Positions 37,187-50,130 of a stretch of DNA of 64,000 nucleotides are shown piece after piece (the first letter of the stretch is position 1; every line of letters begins with the position of its first letter). The notes under the pieces were generated by a model, which saw only the letters and a list, made by a program, of their open reading frames with translations, made no database searches and was not told the DNA's origin. The DNA is from Squalus acanthias. Its lineage: Eukaryota. Location: NCBI GenBank assembly GCA_030390025.1, contig CM059431.1, positions 127,412,001 to 127,476,000 of the forward strand, in the 5' to 3' direction. The position numbers and the translations under genes were made by a program.

Positions 37187-37994
37187 AAGGCCATATTAGT
37201 TTGCTGAATTTACATTGATTCTTTTCGCAGTGAGAAACCATGTGGAAGACATCGGCTCACACCACTTGGGCTAAATATTGAAACTTTTCAGATGGTCAGC
37301 TACATCATCATTAATGTTACACTTCGAGTTTATAAAAATAAAAAGCGCTGATGGGATAGGCAGTTCTTTTACAACATTTAATAGTCCTACATGCAGTTGG
37401 AAGCTGCTGAGTAAAGCTCTTTACACATACTTAAGTACACATTCACAGAGCTCTGCTTTTCCTGATTAGAGATTAATGTAAGGAGGCAGGCAACATAACT
37501 CAGCACTATCCAATGGTCCCAGTCTTAAATGCAGAACTAGTATAACAATGCTATACATGATTTATCAATTCTGAACTGCACTAATTAACTGATAAAATAC
37601 AAAGCGCAAACAGTGCACAACTAACCTGTGCTTCGTGTCTGACATGGATTGCTCAGACAACAATGTCAAATAGGATGCTCTCCTCTGACGTGCTATGAAT
37701 ACATAGCTACTTTATAACATGACAAGATAAATTTGTTACTTTCAATAATAATCTTGATTGCATGACAACTCATTGCACTTAATGTAGTGAAATAAATGCC
37801 AGTTCACATGTTTGTAACCATCAATATTCAGATTTCTTAGCTTCCACACTGGTTCAATAATTGCTGCTGCAGCCTTGACAGTATTTTGCTGAGCACATTT
37901 ACAGGAACAATAATAAGCAACAAAGAGCTGACTAAGAGAATGCACTTTGTTCCAACATCTCCAAAGTCATCTCAAAGCATTACATGTAGTCCTT

Positions 37995-40315
37995 GGCCTA
38001 GAAATTCCCAGTTGTTTTGAAAAATTCCCAGTTAAGGTTTTGAAAAAATGGCAACTGCCTCGTTTCCATCCGCCTCCGGCACGGGACACGGCAGCCGTCA
38101 TTTTGGTGAGTGTCATAGCGCTGCCGTTGCCAGCGTTGGCCTCTCAACTTAAATGAGCAGATCGTGATGTCAATCAGATTGCCTGATTTGACACCACGAC
38201 TGATATTTTGGACGTCGCTGCACACCACAACGCCCTGTCCTAAATACGCACAAAAAAACGTGCATGAAGCAGCCCTGCAGAGACGTTGTCGGTGCTTCTT
38301 AAAGGGACACACACATCTTTCAGGTAAGTTCAGATTTTGGACTTTTTAAAATATTTTATTGAAGTAGTGCCTTGTGCAATACATTTATAAAGTTGTTAAT
38401 GTGTGCAGAGAGTGCTGCTGGATGCTTGCAAGGCATTGGTTGGTAAAAGAAGGCCTCTGAGAAGACAGAAAATCTGGAAATACTCAGCAGGTCAGGCAAC
38501 ATCTGTGGAGAAAGAAACAGAGTGAACGTTTCAGGTCGAGATGCTGCCTGACCTTCTGAGTATTTCCAGATTTTCTGCTTTTATTTCAGATTTCCAGCAT
38601 CCGCAGTATTTTGCCTCTGAGAAGAGCACTTGCTCACAGTGCTGGGGGGGCACATGGAGCTGAAGCAGAGGCAGCAAAGGGGACAAGCTGTTCGCAGAGA
38701 GAAGAGAAAGAAGCAGAATAGGAAGATGCAGAAGAGGAGGAAGCGGAAGGAAGGATGCAACCCAGACAGCCCCTTTCTGGCCAGGATATCCGAGATGGAA
38801 TCATCCGCCTGTGGTACCAATGACCACAAGCCCAATTCCTCTTTCAACATTAGTCCCACACCTTACCTTCCCTCTGTTACTGACCATCACAGCATCCTCT
38901 TGGCCACAATGCTGAAATAAAAGCCACCACAAAGCAAACTTTCCAATCCAACTTTATCCATATATGCATCCAATATGACATCAAGAAATAAACTAATCAC
39001 CCTTCTGCATTCCCTTAGTGACTGTCTTGTGCGTGCCTTTGCCTATCCTACTGATGTCTCGCAGTGCTACCCCAGTGGCTGCAGCATGGCTGGTGGAAGG
39101 CTGCTGACTTTCAGTGGGGGACACTGCAAATGGCCTTGCAAGATGACCTCGAGGAGCTGGTGGCTGGGAGTGTCAAATCGAGTGACGGTGTTTCTTCTTC
39201 TTCTTCTTCTTCTACCACCACTGCTACCGCCACCACCACCAGAAATGAGGAAGTCACAGGGGCAGGGTTGTGATGAGGGGAGGCCAGAAAGCAAGAGCTG
39301 CATGCTTACACCATGCGCAGTTTGTACATCAGAAGCGATTGTGGGATGAGGTGAAAGTGGAATGTGAGAAGGAGGATACGTATCAGGATACCAGCATCTT
39401 GTATTCTTTCAGCCCTGCTGCTGGCCAAGGACTCAGCCATGCCCCTGCCAAGAATGGCCAGCACTATTTCCCCTAAGGGGGGATGGCAAAGCAAGGAATG
39501 GGAGGTGTGCCTTGTGTTTATGTTGGTAGGTGAATGATGGGTTGGTGTGTGGCGGGGGGAGGTCGTGCATTGAGCAGTGTGTGAGGCTAGTCGTGCAGTT
39601 GGTAGGAGACAGCTTTTGAAGATGCATTCACTGACCCTGAACACTGGTCTGAGGTCATGAAACTTCTTTGGGCACTGGAGCTAGGTCCTGAGGGCAACAC
39701 TGGTGGCAGTGACGGTTTTGGTGATCTAGTCCCACATCCTTCTTTCTGGAGGGCCTCCTGGCCTCCTGTGGGTAAAGGATCTCTCTTGCAGTGTTAACTC
39801 CCTACACAAAACTGGAGTGCTGCGTGCAGAGCCCTGGGTCCCTTTCCCTGGCTTGTTGAGCCATTTGTGTTAGCACCTTTACCATTTTTTTAGGTGCAGA
39901 AGGCAATTCAGCTTTAAGTGCTGAAGACTGCCATTTTGGAGTTATTTTTAATGCTTTTTTCAGAAGGCAGTTGAGCTCTAAAGGCTAAAGACTGCCTATT
40001 TTTAAATGATTTTTACTTTTATTTATTTTAGAAGGCAGTTCCCCTTTCAGGGCTCGAGACTGCTTTCTAAAATGCAGCCTAGCTTTAAGAAAATGCTGCC
40101 TTGCTCCAGGGACGCTATGGCCATGCTACATTGGACCTCCTGCTGAGCTCACCGCCTGAAACAACACGTTGCACGATAGGTACTGTGCTCCAATCATTGA
40201 AATCAGCAGGCAGCACCAAAATAATGGTGCTGTCTGCGCTCTTTTTTTCAGGCACGAGTTAATCTCGCCCCGCAATGGCATCGCCCGTTTTCCCACATTA
40301 TTGGATTTCAAGACC
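37995..40315 (+). mobile_element. Internally deleted Harbinger (transposase tail on +, Myb remnants on -)
   Basis: TIRs GGCCTAGAAATTC / GGTCTTGAAATCC (rc); interior homologous to 28008-31850. Confidence 0.75.
38466..38612. mobile_element. Palindromic MER6-like/Penelope-like insertion with 13-bp TSD
   Basis: GCCTCTGAGAAGA at 38453-38465 and 38613-38625 flanks an inverted-repeat insert. Confidence 0.75.
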
Positions 40316-40472
40316 ATAATCTTTGCTGACTTGGAAGGAGGGTAGATGTTGATTTCTACATCAGTGCTCTCTGGGATTTTGTTTACCTCTGGGATGTGAC
40401 TGATTCAGTTTAAATGCCATTATTGATGTGTCATTCCAGATTCAGCTAATTAATAACATAATAAAACCTTTT

Positions 40473-41369
40473 GGGGGGAAAATTCAGTTGATTTGCGCCT
40501 CCCGTTCGCGCCTTAAGAGGGCGTTAATGGGGCGCAAAGCAACTAGCGCCCGGGCGCGGTGATATCTGCGCCTCTCGCAAAATTGACCAGACATTTTGCG
40601 GCGGCGCTAAACACTACCGCCACGATCTCCTGCGCTGGCAGATCGTGACATCAGTCGAGTGCGCAACGCCCCGGTCGCGCCCCGGAGCGGATATTGAGTG
40701 GCGCCCCCTGCCATACCGCCTGCCGTTAGCAACGACAGGTTGAGGGGAGCGTTTTGCAGTCAGGAAGGGACTGGAGGAGCGCTATTTAAAGGCGAACACT
40801 TCCTGCCTTTTTTTGTTGGTGACATTTTTGCACCACGCATTCTGAGAGAAAGAGAGAGAGAGAGACTTCTGGAGAGATTCAACGCTGTGTGAAGGAGTTC
40901 TGGATACTGAGCAGCACTTTGCAGGTTCATGTTGATTTGCCCTTCCTTGTATCTATTTAGAAGAGACTGTGGGGGCTGCACTCTGAGCTCTTTCCCTGTT
41001 TCTCGCCATTGTTCTTTCCAGCAGATTTGATGTACAGATCTCTCCAGGCCGAGATTCAAGGCTGCAATGCGCAGGATGTGGATGGAGAGCAAGATCAACC
41101 CTTCCCTTTAAGGACTGGCCGGCGCCATTGTGTCTGTGTTCCATTGCTGACTGACATCACATGAGCTTCGCCAGCGCTCTGAGGTAGCGCCTCACTCCTC
41201 GGCCTTTGCGCCTTAAGACAGGTGTGTAGCACTGATTTAGCGCTCCAATCACCTCCAGGGGCGATAAAAGCCAAGTTTGCAGTCGGAGGCGATAATTAGC
41301 GCCAGGCGCTAAACGTTGCACCCGGCCGATAATTGCGCCCCAAACGGGGCGATACTAAATTTTTCCCCC
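40473..41369 (+). mobile_element. Harbinger MITE of the 21106 family, copy 3
   Basis: TIRs GGGGGGAAAATT / GGGGGAAAAATT; flanks TTT/TTA. Confidence 0.92.
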
Positions 41370-41884
41370 TTAGTCTTATTCCCCAGGCATAATCCTTCAT
41401 GTAGTCCAACAATTCTATAATTCATTGTGGACAACTCAATCCTGATTTCATGATGTTTATCTACAATCATCAGTGTAATATTGTATTCAGAAATTCTGGA
41501 ACTAATCATTTATGCGTGAGTTTTTTCGAGATCCTGTAACATTTCTCAGAAACACGCCCAAAGTGGGTTGAGAACAATGGGGTGGAATTTTTCTTTTGTT
41601 GGAGCATCTCCTGCTCCGCCTGCTGCGAACCGGCAGAAACCCCTTTTATACCTATTAACAAAGTTTTTGCAAAAGTTACAGTGGCGGTGGAACAGGAGAA
41701 GTTCCGAGATAACACACCCATGAATGTGTAATAAATGTATGCAGGAAAACATGGCAGCATGTTCTACAAAGCAAGACTGATCAATGTTTTGGTAGCATCA
41801 GTTAAGAGAGAAATGTTGACAAAGGTGCCGTGAAAACACGCTTACTTTTCTTCAAATAATGTCCAACTAAACAATCAGAACAGA

Positions 41885-44800
41885 TACTGCATGCATGCTA
41901 AAAAGCGGAAGCAGCATGCTATCGACAGAGCTCAGCGATCCCACAATCAACGGATCAGATCAAAGCTCTGCAGTCATAGAGTCATAACGGCACAGAAGGA
42001 GGCCATTCGGCCCATCGAGTCCGTGCCAGCTCTCTGTGGAGCAATCCAGTCAGTCCCATTCCCCCGCTCTATCCCCGTAGCTCTGCAAGTTTATTTCCCT
42101 CAAGTGCCTATCCAGTCTCCCCTTGAAAACATTGAGTGTCTCCGCTTCCACCACTTCCGTCGGCAGCGAATTTCAGGTCATTACCACTCGCTGCGTAAAA
42201 ATGTTCTTCCTCACATCCCCCCTGTATCTCTTGCCCAAAACCTTAAATCTGTGTCCCCTAGTCCTTGTACCATCAACTAGTGGGAACAGCCTTTCCCCGT
42301 CTAGCCTATCCAAACCCATCATAATCTTGTACACCTCCATCAAATCAATCCTCAACCACCTTTGCTCTAATGAAAACAAATCCAGCTTCTCCAACCTGTC
42401 CTTGTAGCTAAAATCCCCCATCCCCGGAACCATTCTGGTAAATCTCCTCTGTACCCTCTCAAGGGCCTTCACATCCTTCCTAAAGTGTGAAGACCAGAAC
42501 TGGACACAATACTCCAGTTGTGGCCTAACCAGCACTTTATAAAGGTTCAGCATAAGTTCTCTACTTTTGTACTCAATACCTCTATTTATGAAGCCCAAGA
42601 TCTCATATGCTTTGTTAACCACTCTCTGAATATGTCCTGTCACCTTCAGGGACCTATGCACATTAACTCCCAGGTCCCTCTGTCCCTGCACACTCTTTAA
42701 AACTGTGCCATTAAGTGTATATTGCCTCTCCCTGTTCCTTCTGCCAAAATGCATCACCTCACACTTCTCTGTATTAAATTCCATCTGCCACTTGTCTGCC
42801 CATTCTGCTAGCCTTTCTATGTCCTGTTGCAGTCGATTGGTATCATCATCACTGTTTGCCACACCCCCAAGTTTGGTGTCATTGGCAAATTTAGAAATTC
42901 TACTCTGTATTCCAATATCCAGGTCATTTATATATATCAAAAAAAGCAGTGGCCCCAGCACTGACCCTTGGGGAACACCACTGTCTATACCATCCTCCAG
43001 TCTGAAAAACAGCCATTTACCACAACTCGCTGTTTTCTGTCCTTAAGCCAATTCCTTATCCAAGCTGCCACTGACCCACCTATTCCATGAGCCTCAATTT
43101 TGTTAACCAGCCTTCTATGTGGTACTTTGTCAAACGCCTTCTGAAAATCCATGTAGACAACATCCATTGCATTCCCTTCATCAATCCTCTCTGTTACTTC
43201 ATCAAAAAATTCAATTAGATTAGTCAAACATGATCTGCCTTTTACAAATGAGTGTTGGCTCTCCTTAATTAGCTTAAACCTCTCTAAGTGCCCATTATTT
43301 TTTACCTTGATTATTGTTTCTAAAACTTTACCCACCACTGATGTTAAACTCACCAGCCTGCAGTTACCAGGATTGTCCTTACACCCTTTCTTGAACAATG
43401 GTTTCACATTTGCCACTTTCCAATCCTCAGGCACCTCCCCCGCATCTAGGGAAGATTGGATAATTATGGAAAGTCCTTCCGCTATCTCCTCCCGCAATTC
43501 CCTTAGCAACATGGGATGCAAACCATCTGGACCAAGCGACTTGTCCACTCTAAGCATACCCAGCCTTTCTAGTACATCCTGTCTATCAATTTCCACCCCT
43601 TCCATTGCTTCTGCCTTTTCTACTTCTACCGATATTTTGTCAGCATCCACCTCCTTAGTAAACACCGATACAAAGTACTCATTGAGTATTCTAGCCTTGC
43701 CCTGCGCCTCTAAGCATATATCACCTTCTTTGTCTCTAATAGGCCCCACCCCGCCTCTTACTACCCGCTTACTGTTTACATGCCAGTAGAAGATTTTTGG
43801 GTTCCTTTTTATATTAACCGCCATTCTACTCTCATATTCTCTCTACCACATCTAGTCATGAATGGTGGAGGACCATTAAACAACTAACGGGAGGAGGAGG
43901 CTCCATGAATATCCCCATCCTCAAAGATGGTGGAGCTCAGCACGTGAGGGCAAAAGACAAAACTGAAGCATTTGCCACCATCTTCAGCCAGAAGGTCCGA
44001 GTGGATGATCCATATCAGCCTCCTCCTGAGGTCCCCACCATCACACAAGCCAGTCTTCAGCGAATTCGATTCACTCCACGTGTTATCAAGAAACGGCTGA
44101 GCGCACTGGATACAGCAAAGGCTATGGGCCCAGACAACATCCCGGCTGTCGTGCTGGATTCTTGTGCTCCAGAACTAGCCATGCCTCTAGCCAAGCTGTT
44201 CTAGTACAGCTACAACACTGGCATCTATCCGACAATGTGGAAAACTGCCCAGGTATATCCTGTCCACAAAAAGCAGAACATATCCAATCCGGCCAATTAC
44301 AGCCCCATCAGTCAACTCTCAATCATCAACAAAGTGATGGAAGGTGTCATCGACAGTGCTATCAAACAGCACTTACTCACCAATAACCTGCTCACTGATG
44401 CCCAGTTTGGGTTCCACCAGGACCACTCAGCTCCAGACCTCATTACAGCCTTGCTCCAAACATGGACAAAAGAGTTGAATTCCAGAGGTGAGGTGAGAGT
44501 GACTGCCCTTGACATCAAGGCAGCATTTGACCGAGTGTGCCATTAAGGAGCCCTAGTAAAACTGAAGACTTCTTTGGCAGCACCTCCCAAACCCAAGACC
44601 TCTACCACCTAGAAGTACAAGGGCAGCAGGCGTATGGGAACACCACCACCTCCAAGTTCCCCTCCAAGTCAAACACCATCTTGACTTGGAAGTATATCGC
44701 CATTCCTTCATCGTCGCTGGGTCAAAATCCTAGAAGTCCCTCCCTAACAGCATTGTGGGAGTACCTTCACCTCACGGACTGCAGCGGTTCAAGAAGGCAG

Positions 44801-44888
44801 CTCACCACCACCTTGTCAAGGGCAACTAGGGATTGGCAATAAATGCTGGCCTTGCCAGTGATGCCCATATCCCATGAAGAATAAAAAA
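41885..44888 (+). mobile_element. CR1-like LINE (second family), split by an inverted CR1 and internally deleted
   Basis: RSKLCS (to ~41975) resumes at ~43843; KAMGPDNIP, VHKK, YSPISQLS, QFGF, ALDIKAAFDRV; jumps to 3' end at ~44565; ends GAATAAAAAAA. Confidence 0.85.
41976..43842 (-). mobile_element. CR1 LINE, 5'-truncated ORF2 pseudogene
   Basis: ORFs 42985-43824 and 42173-42961 (YMDFQKAFDKVPH, GPLLFLIYINDL) joined across a 2-nt frameshift; catalytic motif degraded to FANDTK. Confidence 0.95.
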
Positions 44889-45660
44889 ATATACAGGGCC
44901 TCAGTTTAATATCTCATATGAAAGGCAATACTTCCAATAATACAGAACTCCATCAATATTACATGGAATGCATTATAGGGGTGAATTTTTGCTGGGATTC
45001 TCCCCCATGTCCACCAGGAGAACAGCTGCAGAAATTCACCCCTATGTGTTCAAGTGTTGGAGTAGTTTTCTCTAATTCTTGACCTTTTGAATGAAAAGCA
45101 AGAGTGCTGCTAACTGATCCAGGCTGACACTTAACAATCTGAGCTGAACTTTGAAGCTCCATTGCTCATAACTCTGTGACATTTTAATCTGGTTAACTTC
45201 TGTCCTTTATTCTGTTCCTCTCCATAAATTGCTGGAGTATGGTTCTATGGGCATTTGCTGCCCTTCAGTACCACTTCCAAGGAGCCATTTTTCATGTGTG
45301 AGCTTTAGCAATGACTGTTCATAAGATATGTGAGCATGGAATGTACTGCAGTCAAATCCTATCCTGTTTCATCCAATGTCAACACATACTCACATTCTAG
45401 GATGAAATGCTGGATAGCATTCTGCATTCAGTATGCTGGTTCAATTTGTCATCCTTAACCCAGGAGCACTGAGACAAATTGTTGCACTCCAATTGTAAAT
45501 TTGCTTGATTTAATTGGCAGCATTCTCATCAAGTACTGTGCCTCCAACATAGTGCATGTTTTCCCTTCTCTGTATAATCGGAAGGTTCTGTATTAAATTA
45601 TCATGCTAAGACTTGAGGCTGACATTCAAGTGCAGTACTGAGAGAAGGCATAATTGTTGG

Positions 45661-46590
45661 TCTTTTTGTTCTTTCGTATGGTAGTAGCAAAACAAATCAA
45701 ATATCAATATCCAGATATCCAGGCCAAAGTGTAACAGCATTGATATCTTGTAGGCTGCCTGCGAATTTCCTCTGAGGGCAGTGCTCAATGATGTGCTCCA
45801 GGGTCTGATCAGGAGCTCCACAGTCGCATGATGGGGATGCTTTAATCTTCCATCTATGGAGATGGTGGCAGCATCTACCATGGCCAGTTCTGAGGCAGTT
45901 AATGGTTGTCCACTGTTTGCGAGGAAGGTCTTGATCCTTCAGGTTGTACTGTGGGGTCCTCTATAAGAAATCCATTCCACATGTCACAGTTCTTCCAAGC
46001 ATTTCGCCATCGGTCATCAAGGCTGAGGGGAGATCACTGAAGGGCTTTGGCGATGGTCCAAAATGGCCTTCTAGATTTGAGACGGGTTGGTGGTCGGTTG
46101 TTCAAGTCAGCCTGGATCGGCATGTCTTTGCTGGTGTAGCGGTTGTATTCTCTGGAGACTGCATATTCATGGCAGAGGTGATGGTGCAATGTTTGCAAGC
46201 ACGGGCAGCCAAGGTGTTGGTGTCGATAAAAGCGTACCGGTGATAATTCTCATTGTAGAATTCAGCTGGACATCAACGGATTTGACATGCAGACTTGATA
46301 GCTATGCCAGAGAGCAGTACTCCGCTGTAAAGTACACCAGGGCGAGTGCTGCTGTACGGAGGGTTTGAGCGTCTGCTCCCCACGTGGATCCGGCGAGTTT
46401 CTGGATCAGGTTGACCCTACTCTTTAGTTTCTTCCCAAGGTTCTGGAGATGCTGTCTATATGACAGGGTGCGGTCAAGCACGACTCCTAAATAGGAGGGG
46501 TTTTTGGCATGATTTACCTCTGCGCCGCAAAAGGAGACTTTCAAAGCTTGGTTTGCTTGATGGGTGTTGCGGTGGAATGGCGAGGTGACG
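45661..46590 (-). mobile_element. Vingi/Ingi-like LINE 3' fragment inserted in a DeuSINE remnant
   Basis: YLGVVLDRTLSY..HL...KLKSRVNLIQKLAGSTWGA.A.TLRT.ALALVY; 3' end CCATACGAAAGAAC; SINE-like sequence on both flanks. Confidence 0.7.
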
Positions 46591-47789
46591 GTAGTGATAT
46601 TCCTTTGGCCTGTTCAAATTGATGTTAAACATCCCGTGGTCTTACTTGAAGAAATATACAGCACAAGTGAGGAACAACAAGTGAAGGTGGCAGCAGAGAA
46701 TAACAAACAGCCTGAATAGAGGGCAAGGGCATATATTCCTGTGCTGCGAGGCCTACAGATTCTTAGGGCTCAGTTTTCCCAGCCCCGAGGAGGCAGGTTT
46801 GGAGGCGTGCGAGTTGTTAAAATCGCCAAAACTGGCAGGCGGGCCCGTTCCCACCTCCATCCCGCCTCCGAGCAATTTTCCCAAGTGCGTGTTTTCTGAC
46901 CCGCTTTCCATCCCGCCTCCAAGAGGCGGGATAGGCCCTTAAGGCCCTTAACAACCACTTAATTGCCTCTATAATCACATTTTGAGAGGCCTTTCTGTTT
47001 TTTTGTCATTCCCTCATCCTACACACCTCCTCTGGAACACGCCAGGTAATCCTGGTGGCCTCACAAGTGGATTGCTTACGAACAGCTGCAGCTCCACCAT
47101 TACAAAGGAGTTTTCACCGATGATCATCTGCAGGTGGCAGAACTTTGTTGTTTCAGGTTTGGGGGAACTTTTAGCAGGCATACTCAGTGTTGTGGAAGTT
47201 TGGAGCCTGACACCCATCTCCAGTGTGACCTCCTTGGAAACCCCTCTCCCCACCTTGACTAAGCGCTTCCTCAACTGAGGCATATACCAGTGGCATGGCG
47301 ACCATTTAATTCCTTTCCTCCTAGATATCAGATTCGGATGAAGACCAGCCGCGGCAGCAGCAGAACCATGAGCAACAGCAGCACCAACAGCAGGAACATT
47401 AACAGGAGCGCCAAGCTGCTAGTCACCCACCTGAAAATGCACAGGCCAGAAGGCGCCAGAGCCAGAGCGCCACCGTATTGCTGCCCGGGATGCAAGGGAC
47501 GCACTCATGTTGGTCACATTTGCTTAGCCTGCACAATCAAACAGTTTAGCCTTGCACCTTCTTACCAGAGCATCGACAATGGACAAGAACCTGCGGATTC
47601 CTCTCACTCTGACCACCATACTGACAATTGCAAGTCACCCTAAGCCCTCAATGTGGAAGTCCCATTAGCGAAATGACACACACCACAGCTGCAACAGTTT
47701 GCCATCAGAATTTTTTATGACAATAAGCAACTGATGGCTTCTCAAAATTAAACACAACATTACACCCAAGTGACAACCCTTGTGACTAC

Positions 47790-49502
47790 TTGTGCATTAT
47801 CTTCCTCTTATGCATGCTCCTACGTGGTGCTTCCCCTGTGGCTTCAGCAGATGTGGAGGCCCCTTGCTCACTTTCTTGCTGCTCTTGTCTCGACACCTTT
47901 GGCGGGTGTCCTCTGGGGTTGCGAGCCTGTTAGGGCTCGGCAACAGTCTGCTGCTCCTGCGGCTGTGCAGGGGTTGAGACGCCGATCTCAGTTGGGTGGG
48001 GACTTTGGTGGGACTCTGACCGAGGGCTCTGCAGTGGCATGGTCGTGTGAGCGCTTGGAAAGGAGCCCCCACTTCCTTGTTGTCTGCCACAAACATCCCT
48101 CTCATGGGTCAGCCCCACTTCAGAGCTAGCAAGTGGCTGGACAGCACTTTGCTGCACTGCAGGGGGGCCATGAGGACCCGTTTCTGCACTGGAAGTCCTA
48201 CTCCAGAGGACTTTCATGAAGGTCTGGTTTGTTTGCTCAATAGCTGACCATCGCTCCTCAAGAGATGTCAGTCTATTCTGAACAATTGCCATGTTTTCCA
48301 TACCCTGGCGACTAAGCTCCTCCGTGGACGTAGCCATCCTTTCCTCTACCGTAGCCATCCTCTCCTCTACGGTAGCCAGCCTTACCATGGAGGTAGCCAT
48401 CCTTTCCTCTACCTATGTCCACCATCTGCTGATGCTCACTTGTGAGCTGTGATACACCAGGTGACAAGACTACTCTATCTCGCGAAGGTCCCACCGAGGT
48501 GTGAGTGTCTGCGCTGGTGCTGGGTGCTCTGAATTCTGCTGACGCTGCGCCATCAGAGGTTGCAGCTTCCTCTGAGGAGTCTGGAAGCTCAGGCTCTTCC
48601 TCCTGGACAGTGGGGATGGGGGCTCTCGATGGTCCTGTGGGGGAGTAAAGGAAAGAGTTAGAAATGTGAGGTCAAGGTTACATGAACATTGAAAAGTGCA
48701 GATGATCATAAGTCAATCTGTTAGAGCATCAGATTCATTATCAGTGACTCATGCAATGTCAATGAGAGAGATGCCAAACTCTTCTGTCACCAGCTTGCTG
48801 CGATGCGCCCATCTGTCCGTCCCCCACTTGGGAATCCTCCTCGATTCTGGTGATCTCCAGGGCTGCCTCCTCCCAGGGGGTGAGCTGGGCTACTGAGGGT
48901 GGCCCTCCTCTGGCCATGGCTCTTTCTCTCTTATTGTGGGCTCTCTTTTCCTGCAATGAGGGACACAAGTGGAGATTGAATGAGAATGAAGGATTGAATG
49001 CAGAGAATCCATTGCATAGATGCTTAGAGGGATACAAAGGACCCTCCCTGTGTGCTGAAAGTTGTTGTTGTCATGGCATCACAGTGATAGGGAGTGTGAG
49101 GGCTGCATGGTCGAATAGTTAAGTGAATGTGACCTTAGAGAGAGAGGGAGTGGGTAAGGGTGCAGGCATGTAAGTGTCAAGTGGAATGTGGAGGAAGAGG
49201 CTGGCAAAGCAGAGTGCTGGTGAGGACTGGCGATGGGGATCAGATTGAGGGTGATGGGAAAGTCATACTCACTTTTCCTGTTCGGAGAAGATCATGAAAC
49301 CTCTTCCTGTACTGCAGCCAGCTTCTGCAGCTCAGCGAGATGGAGCTGACCTCCTGGGCCACACAGCTTTTGTCTGCTGGGGTGGCTTTTTTCTCCCTGA
49401 GGAAGGGAACAGCACCTCCTTCCTGGATCTCGCTCCCTCCACCAGAGCTTGGAGGGAGGGCTCATCGAAGCGTGGAGCACACTTTGGCCTACTGCTGGAC
49501 AT
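47790..49502 (-). pseudogene. Myb/SANT gene remnant, 3 exons (starts 49502, 48950, 48634)
   Basis: APRFDEPSLQALVEGARSRKEVLFP..GRKKPP; EKRAHNKRER...GGPP...LTPWEEAALEI; coiled-coil-like segment in ORF 47930-48400. Confidence 0.8.
48330..48413. repeat. 21-bp coding-phase tandem repeat (heptad MATVEER)
   Basis: GTAGCCATCCTTTCCTCTACC x4, third copy degenerate. Confidence 0.85.
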
Positions 49503-49824
49503 AGTTGATGAAGAAGGCGAAGACAGCAATGGCCATAAAGGTTGCAGTCTCCAGAAGAAGCAAGGCTACTTGCAGGCCTTAAATCCAACAGCATTGATGA
49601 TGTCATCGGAGGCGACTTTCTGTCTGAAAAGACTCATTGGGCCAGGGGTTCCCACACACAGGAAATCAATTGGCCAATTAGGGGAAAATCCCACTTTTTC
49701 AGCACTTCAATTAGGAGTTGGGGTCCTGGCACGATTTCCACCTGACACGCTCCAGCCCGCCCACACCGACAAAATCCAGCCCTTAGTCTGTGCAAGGCTT
49801 CAAAAAGTTTGTAAATTTTTAAAG

Positions 49825-50130
49825 AAAAGAAGAAAGACTTGCATTTATATAGCACTTATATATCCTCAGTACATCCCAAAGCTTACAACCAACGAAGTAC
49901 TTTTCAAGTGTAGTCACTGTTGTAATCTAGGGAAACATGGCAGACAATTTGTACAAAGCAAGGTTCCACAAACAGCAATGACATAATGACTAGATAATCT
50001 GTTTTCTTTTAGATGTTGGTTGAGGAATAAATGTTAGTCAGGACTCCGGGAGAACTCCCTGCTCTTCTTCAAATAGACGGGGCCTCTGATTAATGTCTCA
50101 TCTGAAAGACGGCACCTCTGATGATGCAGA
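49825..50130 (-). mobile_element. DeuSINE fragment
   Basis: Reverse complement of the 5113-5560 core and tail, with internal deletion. Confidence 0.75.

Larger units (their letters stand above)
46766..49782 (+). mobile_element. Harbinger derivative: transposase core deleted, spliced Myb gene remnant retained
   Basis: TIRs GGGCTCAGTTTT / GGGCTGGATTTT (rc); TTA on both flanks. Confidence 0.9.
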
